Assembly: GCA_005880985.1 (NCBI GenBank)
Contig: VBIQ01000009.1
Coordinates: forward strand, 29,025-93,024
DNA from: Chloroflexota bacterium
GTDB lineage: Bacteria; Chloroflexota; Dormibacteria; Aeolococcales; Aeolococcaceae
Direction of reading: 5' to 3'
Length of the DNA stretch: 64,000 nt
Positions 29,749 through 39,513 of the stretch are shown piece by piece. The translations under genes and the position numbers were made by a program. Numbering within the stretch: position 1 is the stretch's first letter; every line of letters starts with the position of its first letter. Below the pieces are notes generated by a model. The model had not been told where the DNA came from, ran no database searches, and saw nothing but the letters and a program-made list of their open reading frames with translations.

Positions 29749-30708
29749 ATGGACCTGGCACCCATACAGCATGCGGGGGCTGGGAGCCGCCGCCGCCGCC
29801 GGACCGCCGCCGTTGCCGCCTCCCTTGTCGCGTTGGCGGTGGCCACCGGCACCGCCGGCGCGGTCGTGGCCCGCCACGGCAGCCCCGGATCGCCCGACGG
29901 CACCTTCTTCGTCCCTGGTGCGGCGCTAGGCATCACGCCGGGAGGCACCGCGGCGGGGAACGGCGGAGCCGGCTTCTCCGCCCCGAGCGTCGCCGCGCCG
30001 GGAGCGCCAGCGGCCCCACCGGTTGCTGCCGCCGCGTCGAGCGCGGGCAGCGCGGTCGGCTTCCCCTGGTGGGGTGCGCCCTGCGCCGCCTCCGGACCGA
30101 CCCAGCTGAGCGGTTCGCTGCTCGTGGCGACCGGGACGGCCCCGCTGGCCCCGGGCACCGGTCAGGCTCACTACGCGCTCAACGCCGGAATCAACGAGCA
30201 GGCGACCAGCGGCGACGTGGCCAAGGCCGTGGCCCAGGCACGAACCACCGTCGACGCCGTGGTCGCCGCCCTGGCAAACGCTGGCGTGCCGTCCTCGGCG
30301 ATCCATCCGTCCTTTATCAGCGTGTGGGCCAGCGGCGGCAAGCCGGTGGCCCCGGCCACTCCCGAACCGGTGCGCCAGGTCAACGTCAACGCCACCGTCG
30401 AGGCCGACATCGGCGACGCCGCCGCCATCCAGCCGGCGCTCGATGCGGCGATCGGGGCCGGGGCGCAGAACGTCAACGTCGGCCCGTCCGGGGCGGCACT
30501 GGCGCAGCCCAGCCAGAGCGCGGTCGACACGGCGGTGTCCCAGGCGACCGGCCAGGCGCACACGCTCGCGGCGGCGGCGGCCAAGGCGGCCGGGGTTGGG
30601 CTCGGCAGCGTCAAGTCGCTGACGGTGTCTCCGCCGGCCGCCTGCGGTTGGGGTCAGGGTGGCCCCCAGCTCGTGGTCGCGGCGACCGTCGGCTACGAGG
30701 TGAAGTAG
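29749..30708 (+). CDS. SIMPL/DUF541-like secreted protein
   Basis: Signal/TM 'TAAVAASLVALAVATGTAGAVVA', Ala/Pro-rich linker, and a C-terminal half resembling DUF541 ('...VDAVVAALANAGVPSSAI...'). The start (29686 vs 29749) is uncertain. Confidence 0.5.
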   Translation: MDLAPIQHAGAGSRRRRRTAAVAASLVALAVATGTAGAVVARHGSPGSPDGTFFVPGAALGITPGGTAAGNGGAGFSAPSVAAPGAPAAPPVAAAASSAGSAVGFPWWGAPCAASGPTQLSGSLLVATGTAPLAPGTGQAHYALNAGINEQATSGDVAKAVAQARTTVDAVVAALANAGVPSSAIHPSFISVWASGGKPVAPATPEPVRQVNVNATVEADIGDAAAIQPALDAAIGAGAQNVNVGPSGAALAQPSQSAVDTAVSQATGQAHTLAAAAAKAAGVGLGSVKSLTVSPPAACGWGQGGPQLVVAATVGYEVK

Positions 30709-30717
30709 CGCCTTCGA

Positions 30718-31302
30718 TCAGCCCGGGGTGCGTCCGAAGAATCCGGCGAGCCGGTCGTAGACGGGCGCGTCATCGGGCACCGCCACCACGGGAGCGAACG
30801 ACTGCCCATCCTCCTCGCTGCCGCGAAACTGCGGCTTGAGGTTCTCGGTGCCGAAGTCGAGCGCCTGCCGCGCCAGCTCGGGGTCGAGGTCGGTGGTCGA
30901 CTGTCCCGTCGCCGCGGCGATGTCCCAGGAATGGATGGTGAACTCGACCATCTGCTGCTTCACCTGCCAGGAGATGGGAAGCTCGGCTGAGCCGAACTGC
31001 ACGGTCCTGTTGAGCGCACCCTCGCGGTTCCAGGCCGCCACCAGCTCGGCTGCCGGGTGGCGGAAGCTGTCCAGCCAGTCGTCGCCGAGGACGTCGTCCT
31101 GCCGCGCCTCCCAGGCGCCGCCGCGCGCGATCACCACGAACTTCTGAGCATCGTTGACGACGTGGTTGACCAGGGTCCGCAGGTCCCACGACCGGCATGG
31201 GGTCGGCAGCCGCGCCTGCTCGGGGCGGACCCGAGCGATCACGGTGGTCACCTGCTCGAGGGCGCGCGACAGCAGGGCCAGGGGCTCGGTGGACACGGTC
31301 AT
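30718..31302 (-). CDS. DinB-like / TIGR03086-family (mycothiol maleylpyruvate-isomerase N-terminal domain) protein
   Basis: 'LPTPCRSWDLRTLVNHVV', 'HSWDIAAATG'. Start at 'MTVSTEPL'. See the uORF finding. Confidence 0.75.
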   Translation of the reverse strand: MTVSTEPLALLSRALEQVTTVIARVRPEQARLPTPCRSWDLRTLVNHVVNDAQKFVVIARGGAWEARQDDVLGDDWLDSFRHPAAELVAAWNREGALNRTVQFGSAELPISWQVKQQMVEFTIHSWDIAAATGQSTTDLDPELARQALDFGTENLKPQFRGSEEDGQSFAPVVAVPDDAPVYDRLAGFFGRTPG

Positions 31303-31724
31303 GTGGCTGCCTCGGCGGATACGGTCATGCGGCTGCCCTCCTTCAATGAAGGGTCCAGGGTAGCCAGCCGGTCGGGGGGCCTCGCGCCCGCTTCCCCCGA
31401 CTAACCCGGCCTTGATCGCCTCAAAACCGTCAATCACTTCGGCGTGGCCACGTCGAGGTGACAACCTGGGACGCCGGTTTCACACGGGTCGACCCTGCGG
31501 AAGGCCGCGGCTATACTGGCCCGCATCCCGGGACGGGTCCCCAATTCGCACTACGTCCCGACGCGAACCCTCCGGGATCCCCGTTCGGCCGGCCGGCCGG
31601 CCGCCTTCGGGGGGTGACGCCGCCGGCAGCCTCGGAAGTCTCGCGTGCCCCAACCGACGTCGCCGCCGGCCCTCCGTCGGGCCCGCGGACCCCGCGACGA
31701 CGCCAGCGCAGGAGCCTCTCGATC

Positions 31725-32498
31725 GTGAGCCTTGCCGCTGCCGCCCGCCCCGCCCTGGCCGCCGACCCGGCGCTCCGCCCGGTGATCAGCTTCCACGGCG
31801 TCGGCAAGACCTACCCCAACGGCACCGAGGCCCTGCACGACATCAACCTCTCGATCTTCCAGCAGGACTTCGTCTTTCTCGTCGGCGCCAGCGGGGCCGG
31901 CAAGTCGTCGCTGGTGCGCCTGCTGATCCGCGAGGAGGTGTCCACCAGCGGGCGCATCTTCGTCGACGGCCAGGAGCTCTCCCGGATGGCGCGCCGGCGG
32001 CTGCCGCGTCTGCGCCGCAAGTTCGGCATCGTCTTCCAGGACTACAAGCTGCTGCCGCGGTCGACGGTGGCCCAGAACGTCGCCTTCGCGCTGCAGGTGA
32101 CCAAGCCCGGTCAGCGTCATCTGCGCGAGAAGGTCGAGGAGTCCCTCTGGATCGTCGGCCTCGAGGACAAGGTCCACAAGTTCCCCGACGAGCTGAGCGG
32201 CGGTGAGCAGCAGCGGGTGGCCATCGCCCGGGCCCTGGTCCACCGGCCGCCGATCTTCGTCGCCGACGAGCCCACCGGCAACCTCGATCCCGACACCTCG
32301 TGGGGCATCGTCCAGCTGCTCCTGCAGATCAACCACCGCGGCACCACCGTGGTCATGGCCACCCACAACCGCGAGGTGGTCGACCTGGTGCGCCGCCGCG
32401 TGGTCGCCATCGAGGGCGGCCGCATCGTGCGCGACGAGGCCCAGGGCCAGTACCTGCGCGAGGGCGACGCCACCCTGGTCAGCGGGGGCAACCGGTGA
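31725..32498 (+). CDS. ftsE: Cell division ABC transporter ATP-binding protein FtsE
   Basis: GTG start after aggag. 'GASGAGKSSL', 'LSGGEQQRVAIARAL', 'FVADEPTGNLD'. The track extension from 31458 was rejected. Confidence 0.93.
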   Translation: MSLAAAARPALAADPALRPVISFHGVGKTYPNGTEALHDINLSIFQQDFVFLVGASGAGKSSLVRLLIREEVSTSGRIFVDGQELSRMARRRLPRLRRKFGIVFQDYKLLPRSTVAQNVAFALQVTKPGQRHLREKVEESLWIVGLEDKVHKFPDELSGGEQQRVAIARALVHRPPIFVADEPTGNLDPDTSWGIVQLLLQINHRGTTVVMATHNREVVDLVRRRVVAIEGGRIVRDEAQGQYLREGDATLVSGGNR

Positions 32499-33400
32499 TC
32501 ACCCTGCTGGCGACCCTCCGCTTCACCCTGGTCAGCGCGGTGCAGAACTTCTGGCGCAACCTCGCGGTGTCGCTGGCGGCGACCTGCACCATGGGCGCCA
32601 TCCTGCTGTTCATCGGCGGCATCCTGCTCGGCACCCACATGCTCAACCAGATGCTCACCGCCGAGCAGGCCAAGGCGAGCAACATCAAGATCTACCTCGA
32701 GGACGGTGTGTCGCTGGGGTCGATCGCCAACCTCCAGAGCGAGCTGCGCGCCGACCCGCGCGTCAGCGCGGTTCATTTTGAGAACAAGGACGACGCCGCC
32801 AAGGAGGCCAGCAGCCAGGTCGAGAACTTCTCCGAGTCGCTGAAGGTGCTGGGCAGCAACCCGCTTCCCGCGTCGCTCAACCTCGACCTGCACCGGCTCG
32901 CCGATCTGCCGGCGATCGACACCATGGCCCGGCGCAACGCCATCGTGCAGCGCGGCAATCTCGCCACCGACTACAACCCCGCGATCATCGATAAGCTGCA
33001 GACCCTGATCACCTGGGCCTGGCGCTTCGCGGTCGGCTTCCTGATCGTCTTCGGAACCCTGAGCGTGGTCATCATCATGATCTCTATCCGCACCGCCGTC
33101 CTGGTACGCCGAAGAGAGGTGGAGATCATGAAACTGGTCGGCGCCACCGACTGGTTCGTGCGCGGCCCGTTCATCCTCGAGGGGGTGATCGGGGGGGTCA
33201 TCGCCGCCGCCATCTCGGGAACGGTGATCGCCGCCGCCTACAAGCCCGCCGTCGATCACCTGCGTTCGACGCTCTTCTTCTTCCCGCTCAGTTACGACGG
33301 CTCCTACCTCGCCGTCGTCGCCTTGCTGCTGTTCGCCGCCGGTATCGGACTGGGAGCGTTCGGCAGCTACCTCGGAGTACGCCGCTTCCTGACCGTCTAA
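32495..33400 (+). CDS. ftsX: Cell division ABC transporter permease FtsX
   Basis: GTGA start/stop overlap with ftsE. 'RNLAVSLAATCTM', extracytoplasmic domain, C-terminal 3 TM with 'EIMKLVGATDWFVRGPF'. Confidence 0.9.
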   Translation: MITLLATLRFTLVSAVQNFWRNLAVSLAATCTMGAILLFIGGILLGTHMLNQMLTAEQAKASNIKIYLEDGVSLGSIANLQSELRADPRVSAVHFENKDDAAKEASSQVENFSESLKVLGSNPLPASLNLDLHRLADLPAIDTMARRNAIVQRGNLATDYNPAIIDKLQTLITWAWRFAVGFLIVFGTLSVVIIMISIRTAVLVRRREVEIMKLVGATDWFVRGPFILEGVIGGVIAAAISGTVIAAAYKPAVDHLRSTLFFFPLSYDGSYLAVVALLLFAAGIGLGAFGSYLGVRRFLTV

Positions 33401-33464
33401 CTCGCACCCGTCTCAGCCAACGTCACACCACACCTCACCGCCAGCGGGCGGGCCAGGAGACCCG

Positions 33465-34658
33465 ATGTCCGATCACCTTCCGTTCTCGGGCAGTGTTCGC
33501 CGCGCCATCGCTGCCATGGTGATCACCGTGGTGCTGCTGGGCGCCATCACCGGGTTCCGGCACACCCAGGCAGACCAGTTCACCGATCAGATCGGCCAGA
33601 AGCAGCAGCAGCAGGGCCAGCTCAACGGCCTGATGGGCCAGCTCAGTCAGGAGATCCAGAGCTCCCAGGTCCGCGAGGCGCTGCTGCAGGGGATGATCGC
33701 CACCCTCGACGGCCAGATCGCCGTCACCCAGCGTCACATCGCCGACGGACAGGTCCTCCTGCAGCAGATCTCGGACAACCTGGTGCGCGAGCAGCAGCAC
33801 CTCGACCAGGTGCGGGCCCAGCTGGCGCTAGACAAGCACGCCCTCGCCGAGGAGCTGGTGATGATCTACAAGATGGGGACCAACACCCCGGTCAACAACC
33901 TGCTCGCCTCCGACAACTTCAACGACTTCTGGCGCCGCCTCATCGACCTCCGCCGGGTCTCGGGAACCCAGCAGAGCGTGCTCGACCGGGTGCAGCGCGA
34001 GGAGGCCGAGGTCATCGCCGCCGTCAACGACATCACCGCCCAGAAGCAGCGTCAGCAGCAGTTGCTCAAGGATCTCGAGCAGCAGCAGCAGCAGTTGCAG
34101 GACCAGCGCTCACAACGGCAGACGCTGGTCGGCCAGCTCGCCGCGCTGGTGGCCCAGGATCAGCAGCGTCTCGCCGACGCCGAGCGCGCCGTCAAGGAGC
34201 TGCAGGCGGAGATCACCAAGCTCCAGGCCGAGGAGGCCAGCCTGCATGCCGGCAGTGGCCATTTCGTCTGGCCCGAGTCCGGTCCCATCAGCCAGGGCTT
34301 CGGCTGCACCAGCTATCCCTTCGAGCCCTACGACCCCAACTGCCGCACCCGCCACTTCCATACCGGCATCGACATCGCTGCCGATTTCGGCACCGAGGTC
34401 CACGCCGGCGACGCCGGGATCGCTCACACCTACGCCAGCGTCTACGGTTACGGCAACCACATCATCATCCTGCACGGCAACGGCTGGGTGACGGTGTACG
34501 GCCACCTCGCCTGGTTCGCGGTCGGCGACGGCCAGTCGGTGGGGCGCGGCCAGGTGATCGGCTACGAGGGCAGCACCGGCAACAGCAGCGGCCCGCACCT
34601 GCACTTCGAGGTGCGTCTCAACGACACACCGGTGGATCCTCTACGCTACCTTCCGTGA
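33465..34658 (+). CDS. Coiled-coil M23/LytM peptidoglycan endopeptidase (EnvC/PcsB/RipC-type FtsEX partner)
   Basis: Long Q/L-rich coiled coil, then an M23 domain with an intact active site ('HFHTGIDIAA', 'GNSSGPHLHFEV'). Confidence 0.88.
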   Translation: MSDHLPFSGSVRRAIAAMVITVVLLGAITGFRHTQADQFTDQIGQKQQQQGQLNGLMGQLSQEIQSSQVREALLQGMIATLDGQIAVTQRHIADGQVLLQQISDNLVREQQHLDQVRAQLALDKHALAEELVMIYKMGTNTPVNNLLASDNFNDFWRRLIDLRRVSGTQQSVLDRVQREEAEVIAAVNDITAQKQRQQQLLKDLEQQQQQLQDQRSQRQTLVGQLAALVAQDQQRLADAERAVKELQAEITKLQAEEASLHAGSGHFVWPESGPISQGFGCTSYPFEPYDPNCRTRHFHTGIDIAADFGTEVHAGDAGIAHTYASVYGYGNHIIILHGNGWVTVYGHLAWFAVGDGQSVGRGQVIGYEGSTGNSSGPHLHFEVRLNDTPVDPLRYLP

Positions 34659-36022
34659 TCTGGAGTCGCGACAGCTCGCACCGCCCTCGCGCGGCGCGGT
34701 TCATGCCGCTGGCGGTGGTGGTGCTGGCGTGTTACCTCACCGGCCTGCTGGTCAACAACCTGTCGGGGAGCGTGCTGAGCGTGTTCGGCCGCCCCGTCAG
34801 CTCGATCGTGGACTCCGTGTTTCCCCACATCGGTCAGTCGCAGCGTCTCAACACCGGCAGCGTCAACGAGGCATGGACCGACGTCCAGAACGAGTACGTG
34901 CTGCGCGGCCTGAGCGGGACCGTCGGCACCCAGGGCGCGGAGAGCGGCATCATCGACGCGATCAAGGGCAAATACGGTGACCGCTTCACCAGCTTCCTGA
35001 CCAGCGACGAGTACGCAAGTCTTCAGAACGGCCTGGCGGGCCGGCGGAGCGGCAGCATCGGCATCGCGCTGGAGGCGCGGTGCGCCGGGGTGACGCCCTG
35101 CCCGTCGGGGGCGACGCCCACCGTCGTCGCCATCGAGGACGTGCTCCGCGACCAGCCCGCCGAACGCGCCGGGATTCGCAACGGGGACATCCTCGTCGCC
35201 GTCGGCAGCCAGAGTCTCGCCGGCCTCGGCGGCGACGCGACCGCGCGTCTCAATGCGGCGGTACCCAAGATCCGCGGAGCCTCCGGCACCCCCGTGACCC
35301 TCACCGTGCAGCGCGGCGCCGGCAGCCTCACCTTCACCGTGCGCCGTGCCGACCTCAACCTTCCCTCGGTGTTCTCGACCCGTCTGGGAGCGACGCTCTA
35401 CGTCCAGGTGACCGGGTTCGACCAGGACACCGGCTCACTGGCGCACAAGAAGCTCAGCGACGGGCTGTCGGCGGGAGCGACCTCGGTGGTGCTCGACCTG
35501 CGTGCCAACCCCGGTGGTCTGGTCAGCGAGGCGCGCTCGCTTGCCAGTCAGTTTCTCCACACCACCACGGCGCACCAGAACGCGGTGGTGGTGCGCCGCG
35601 GCCGGCTGACCTCGACCGCCGCCCCGCAGAGCGCCGAGAAGGTGGAGGTCGACACCATCCAGTCCGGCGGGGTCGCGCTCACCCCCCGGCTGGCGGTGCT
35701 GGTCGACGGCGACACCGCCAGCGCCGCGGAGATCGTCACCGCCGCGCTCCACGACTACCAGCGCGGCCCCGTCGTCGGCCAGAAGACCTTCGGCAAGGGC
35801 TCGGTGCAGGAGGACTTTCCCCTGCCCGACGGCAGCGACCTCCACCTCACCGTGGAGCGGTGGTACGGACCCAACGGGGAGAGCATCGACGTCAGCGGCA
35901 TCACCCCGGACCGGGTCGTGGCCCTCACCTCTCGCGACAACCGCTTCCGACTCGACGCCGAGGGTCCCGATGCTGCGGTCGACTCTCAGCTGCAGGCGGC
36001 GCTGGTGGCAGTCCGGCCGTAG
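34655..36022 (+). CDS. ctp: S41 family carboxy-terminal processing peptidase (Ctp) with PDZ domain
   Basis: GTGA overlap with the M23 gene. PDZ 'AGIRNGDILVAVG', 'DLRANPGGLV', 'VLVDGDTASAAEI', 'GQKTFGKGSVQ'. Confidence 0.88.
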   Translation: MIWSRDSSHRPRAARFMPLAVVVLACYLTGLLVNNLSGSVLSVFGRPVSSIVDSVFPHIGQSQRLNTGSVNEAWTDVQNEYVLRGLSGTVGTQGAESGIIDAIKGKYGDRFTSFLTSDEYASLQNGLAGRRSGSIGIALEARCAGVTPCPSGATPTVVAIEDVLRDQPAERAGIRNGDILVAVGSQSLAGLGGDATARLNAAVPKIRGASGTPVTLTVQRGAGSLTFTVRRADLNLPSVFSTRLGATLYVQVTGFDQDTGSLAHKKLSDGLSAGATSVVLDLRANPGGLVSEARSLASQFLHTTTAHQNAVVVRRGRLTSTAAPQSAEKVEVDTIQSGGVALTPRLAVLVDGDTASAAEIVTAALHDYQRGPVVGQKTFGKGSVQEDFPLPDGSDLHLTVERWYGPNGESIDVSGITPDRVVALTSRDNRFRLDAEGPDAAVDSQLQAALVAVRP

Positions 36023-36034
36023 ATCGAGGGCGAC

Positions 36035-36973
36035 CTACGGAGTCGCCGAGCTAGAGCCTCCTCCGAACGTCTGGAAGATCTGTGACAGCGTCGGCGCGTT
36101 GGGGTCGACCGTCGGCTTGGTCAGGGTGATCTTGGCGCCGAAGTCGCGGTAGTCGACGGTGGCCTGGATGGTCATGGCGTAGGTGCCGCTGGGCAACGTC
36201 TGACCCGGTGGAAGCGACTGACCGAGCTGCTGCTCGATCGCCGCGAAGAGCTTGCCGAGGTCGATCGAGATTCGCGCGTCCGACGCCTGCCGGCGGATAT
36301 GGGCGTCGGCGTCGACCCACTCATCGACGGAGCCGCGGTCGAGATGGACGGCCGGCAGTGCGGCGCGCAGCAGTGACCCGTACTGCGTCGTGGTGCTGCC
36401 AAAGACCTTGTCGAGTGCTTTGCTGAGATACGATTGGTCGAGGTTGGCGTGCAGGTGCTCGGTCTGGACGCCGTCGACGGTGGCGGGCCCGAGGTCGGTG
36501 ATGTCGGAGGACTGGCCGACGAGGTTGCGGATGTCGCTGCTCGAGAGGTCGAAGGAAGCGAAGAGCTGCTTGAACTGATCGTTGCTCGCCCAGTGGGTGG
36601 CGTCCAGGGAGCTGAAGAACGTTCCGTCGTAGATGGTCACGTAGACCTGGCGTCCGCCGATGCTTCCCTTCTCGCTGATCCGGTGTGACGATTCGGCCTC
36701 TCCGGAGCCGCTGAAGTCCCGCACCTTCGACAGGGCGGACTGGAGGGCTTGCAGTGTCGCGGCCGGGATGCCGTTGAGCCCGCTGGTGTCGACGCCGAAC
36801 TTGCCTGTCCCGGTGAAGCGGAACGAGCTCTGGGCGAGCCCGTCGCTCCCCAGCGAGGCGACCTGAGCGGCACTCTTGCCGCTGATCAGGCTCTGCCGCT
36901 GCACGCCGCCGCAGGCGGTGGCGATGCCGCCCACCATCAGTGCGGCGGTGGCGAGGGTGACGGCTCGGCGCAT
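36035..36973 (-). CDS. Putative lipoprotein, function unknown
   Basis: Start at 'MRRAVTLATAALMVGGIATAC|GG' (lipobox). The remainder of the 529-aa track ORF is antisense to lpdA and was rejected. Confidence 0.65.
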   Translation of the reverse strand: MRRAVTLATAALMVGGIATACGGVQRQSLISGKSAAQVASLGSDGLAQSSFRFTGTGKFGVDTSGLNGIPAATLQALQSALSKVRDFSGSGEAESSHRISEKGSIGGRQVYVTIYDGTFFSSLDATHWASNDQFKQLFASFDLSSSDIRNLVGQSSDITDLGPATVDGVQTEHLHANLDQSYLSKALDKVFGSTTTQYGSLLRAALPAVHLDRGSVDEWVDADAHIRRQASDARISIDLGKLFAAIEQQLGQSLPPGQTLPSGTYAMTIQATVDYRDFGAKITLTKPTVDPNAPTLSQIFQTFGGGSSSATP

Positions 36974-37100
36974 GGGGTCCCTCCCCTGGCGCCCCTGCGG
37001 GAGGCGCGAACTCGGGCCGCTACCGTAGCGCACTCGGGCCGCTCCGAGCGGTATCGACAGGGGGTCGGCGCCGACCCCCGGTCCTATACTTCTCGGTGCA

Positions 37101-38498
37101 GTGCCGGAACGCTTCGACGTCGCCATCATCGGCGCGGGATCGGGCGGATACGTGGCGGCGATCCGCGCCGCCCAACTGGGACTGCGCACCGCCGTGGTCG
37201 AGCAGGACAAGGTCGGCGGCGTCTGCCTCCACTGCGGCTGCATCCCCACCAAGGCGCTGCTCCAGACCGCCTCCCTGCTTGACGCGCTGCACCACGCTGA
37301 CGCCATGGGCGTCCGCGTCGCCCCGCCGGAGCTCGACTGGGCGGTCGCCAACCGCCGCAAGCAGCAGGTGGTCGACCGTCTCACCAAGGGCATCCAGTTC
37401 CTGCTCCGCAAGAACAAGGTGACGACCATCAAAGGCCGCGCCCGTCTCGCCGGCCGCGGCACGGTTGCGGTCACCGGTGGTGACGGCGATCGCGAGCTCA
37501 GCGCCGACAACGTCATACTCGCCACCGGATCGCACCCCCGCCGGCTGCCTGGTCTCGAGGTCGACGACCGCACCGTCCTCAGCAGCGACGAGATGCTGCT
37601 CATCGACCACGTGCCGCGGAGCATCGTGGTCCTCGGCGCCGGCGCCGTCGGCGTGGAGTTCGCCTCGCTCTACCGCAGCTGCGGATCCGAGGTGACCCTG
37701 GTCGAGATGCTGCCGCGCCTGGTGCCGCTCGAGGACCACGAGGTCGGCGCCGAGCTGCAGCGCCAGTTCGAGAAGCGCGGCGTGCGCTGCCTGCCTGGCA
37801 CCAGCCTGGATGCGTCATCACTGGAGCGCAACGAGGGCGGCATCGCCGTCACCGTCGCCACCGACGGCAAGGAGCAGCGCCTGCAGGCGGAGATCCTGCT
37901 GGTCGCCGTCGGCCGCACCTCCAACCTCGACGACCTTGGCATCGAGGGCACCCGGATGAAGGTCGAGCGCGGCATGGTCGACGTCGACGCGCGCATGGCC
38001 ACCGCCGAGCCCGGCGTGCACGCGGTCGGCGACATCGCCGGCGGCTTCCAGCTGGCCCACAAGGCGATGCACCAGGGGGTGATCGCCGTGGAGGCGATCG
38101 CCGGCCGCGATCCCAGCCCGCTCGACGCCGGCCTGGTGCCGCGCACCACCTACTGCACCCCGCAGATCGGCTCGCTCGGTCTCTCCGAGGAGGAGGCGCG
38201 CGAGGCGGGACGGGAGGTCAGCTGCGGCGTCTTCCCGCTGCGCGCCAACAGCCGCGCCGCCATCTGGGGCGAGGACGCCGGCTTCTGCAAGGTGGTCGCC
38301 GACCGCGCTACCGACGATGTCCTCGGCGTTCACATCGTCGGGCACGAGGTGACCGAGCTGATCGCCGGTCCCGCCCTCGGCGCCCTGCTCGAGGCGACCC
38401 CGTTCGAGATGGGGCGCGCGGTCGCACCGCACCCGACCCTGAGCGAGATCCTCGGCGAAGCCGCCCTCGCCGTCAGCGGCGAGGCCATCCACATCTGA
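37101..38498 (+). CDS. lpdA: Dihydrolipoyl dehydrogenase (E3)
   Basis: 'IIGAGSGGY', redox-active 'GGVCLHCGCIPTK', 'GAGAVGVEFA', C-terminal 'HPTLSE'. Confidence 0.95.
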   Translation: MPERFDVAIIGAGSGGYVAAIRAAQLGLRTAVVEQDKVGGVCLHCGCIPTKALLQTASLLDALHHADAMGVRVAPPELDWAVANRRKQQVVDRLTKGIQFLLRKNKVTTIKGRARLAGRGTVAVTGGDGDRELSADNVILATGSHPRRLPGLEVDDRTVLSSDEMLLIDHVPRSIVVLGAGAVGVEFASLYRSCGSEVTLVEMLPRLVPLEDHEVGAELQRQFEKRGVRCLPGTSLDASSLERNEGGIAVTVATDGKEQRLQAEILLVAVGRTSNLDDLGIEGTRMKVERGMVDVDARMATAEPGVHAVGDIAGGFQLAHKAMHQGVIAVEAIAGRDPSPLDAGLVPRTTYCTPQIGSLGLSEEEAREAGREVSCGVFPLRANSRAAIWGEDAGFCKVVADRATDDVLGVHIVGHEVTELIAGPALGALLEATPFEMGRAVAPHPTLSEILGEAALAVSGEAIHI

Positions 38499-38506
38499 GT
38501 GAGCTG

Positions 38507-39511
38507 ATGGCAGTAGCGAAGACGAGCCGCGCGCCGGAGACCGGACTAGACGCCGACGCGATGCGCGCCATGTACCGGCACATGGTGCGGGCGCGAGTCC
38601 TCGACGAACGGCTGTGGGTTCTCAACCGTCAGGGTCGGGCACCCTTCGTCATCTCCTGCCAGGGGCACGAGGCGGCCCAGGTCGGCATCGCCATGGCGCT
38701 GCGTCCGGGCTACGACTGGGTTGCTCCCTACTACCGCGACCTCGCGGTCACCCTGGTGCTGGGCATGACGCCTCTCGACCACCTGCTGGCGACGCTGGCT
38801 CGCGCCGGTGATCCCAACTCCGGTTCCCGCCAGATGCCCGCTCACTACGGATGCCGGCGGCTCAACATCATCACCGGCGGCTCCGCGGTCGCCACCCAGG
38901 TGCTGCACGCGTGCGGCGCCGCCCTGGCAGCCAAGGTGCGGGGCGAGGACGCGGTGGCGCTCACCGCGCTCGGCGAAGGCAGCACCAGCGAGGGCGACTT
39001 CCACGAGGGCCTCAACTTCGCCGCGGTGCACAGCCTGCCGCTGATCTGCGTGGTCGAGAACAACGGCTTCGCCATCAGCGTGCCGTGGGCCAAGCAGTCG
39101 CACACCAAGGACGCCGCCGACCGCGCCAAGGGATACGGCATGCCCGGCGTGGTCGTCGACGGCGGCGATCCGATCGCCTGCTACGCCGCCGCCCGCGACG
39201 CGGTGGAGCGGGCTCGTCGCGGCAAGGGACCCACCCTGATCGAGGCAAAGGTCGCCCGTCTCACCCCGCACAGCTCCGACGACGATGACCGCCTCTACAA
39301 GCGCCGCGAGGTGCTCGCCGACGAGAAGGCGCACGACTGCCTGCTCCGCTTCCGCACCGCGCTCGAGGAGCGCAGCGTGCTCGCTCCCGGCGACGCCGAG
39401 GAGATCCGCGCCGAGGCGATGCGCGAGGTCGACAAGGCGCTGGACGAGGCCGAGGCGGCCCCCCTGCCGGCACCCGAGTCGGCTCTGCTGAACGTCTACG
39501 CGGAGGACTGA
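38507..39511 (+). CDS. 2-oxoacid (branched-chain/pyruvate type) dehydrogenase E1 alpha subunit, TPP-binding
   Basis: 334 aa; 'GEGSTSEGDFHEGLNFAA', 'VENNGFAIS'. Confidence 0.9.
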   Translation: MAVAKTSRAPETGLDADAMRAMYRHMVRARVLDERLWVLNRQGRAPFVISCQGHEAAQVGIAMALRPGYDWVAPYYRDLAVTLVLGMTPLDHLLATLARAGDPNSGSRQMPAHYGCRRLNIITGGSAVATQVLHACGAALAAKVRGEDAVALTALGEGSTSEGDFHEGLNFAAVHSLPLICVVENNGFAISVPWAKQSHTKDAADRAKGYGMPGVVVDGGDPIACYAAARDAVERARRGKGPTLIEAKVARLTPHSSDDDDRLYKRREVLADEKAHDCLLRFRTALEERSVLAPGDAEEIRAEAMREVDKALDEAEAAPLPAPESALLNVYAED

Positions 39512-39513
39512 CG

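Noticed and set aside
31560-31660. The GC-rich self-complementary stretch (ccggccggccggccg...) in the 420-nt ftsE upstream region as a riboswitch or structured leader.
   Set aside because: It is low-complexity GC repeat sequence and matches no riboswitch core I recognise. It cannot be evaluated without covariance-model searches.
36974-37624. The 529-aa version of ORF 36035-37624(-).
   Set aside because: Upstream of the lipoprotein signal peptide (start at 36973) the frame runs antisense through lpdA and translates to low-complexity sequence. The real gene is 36035-36973.
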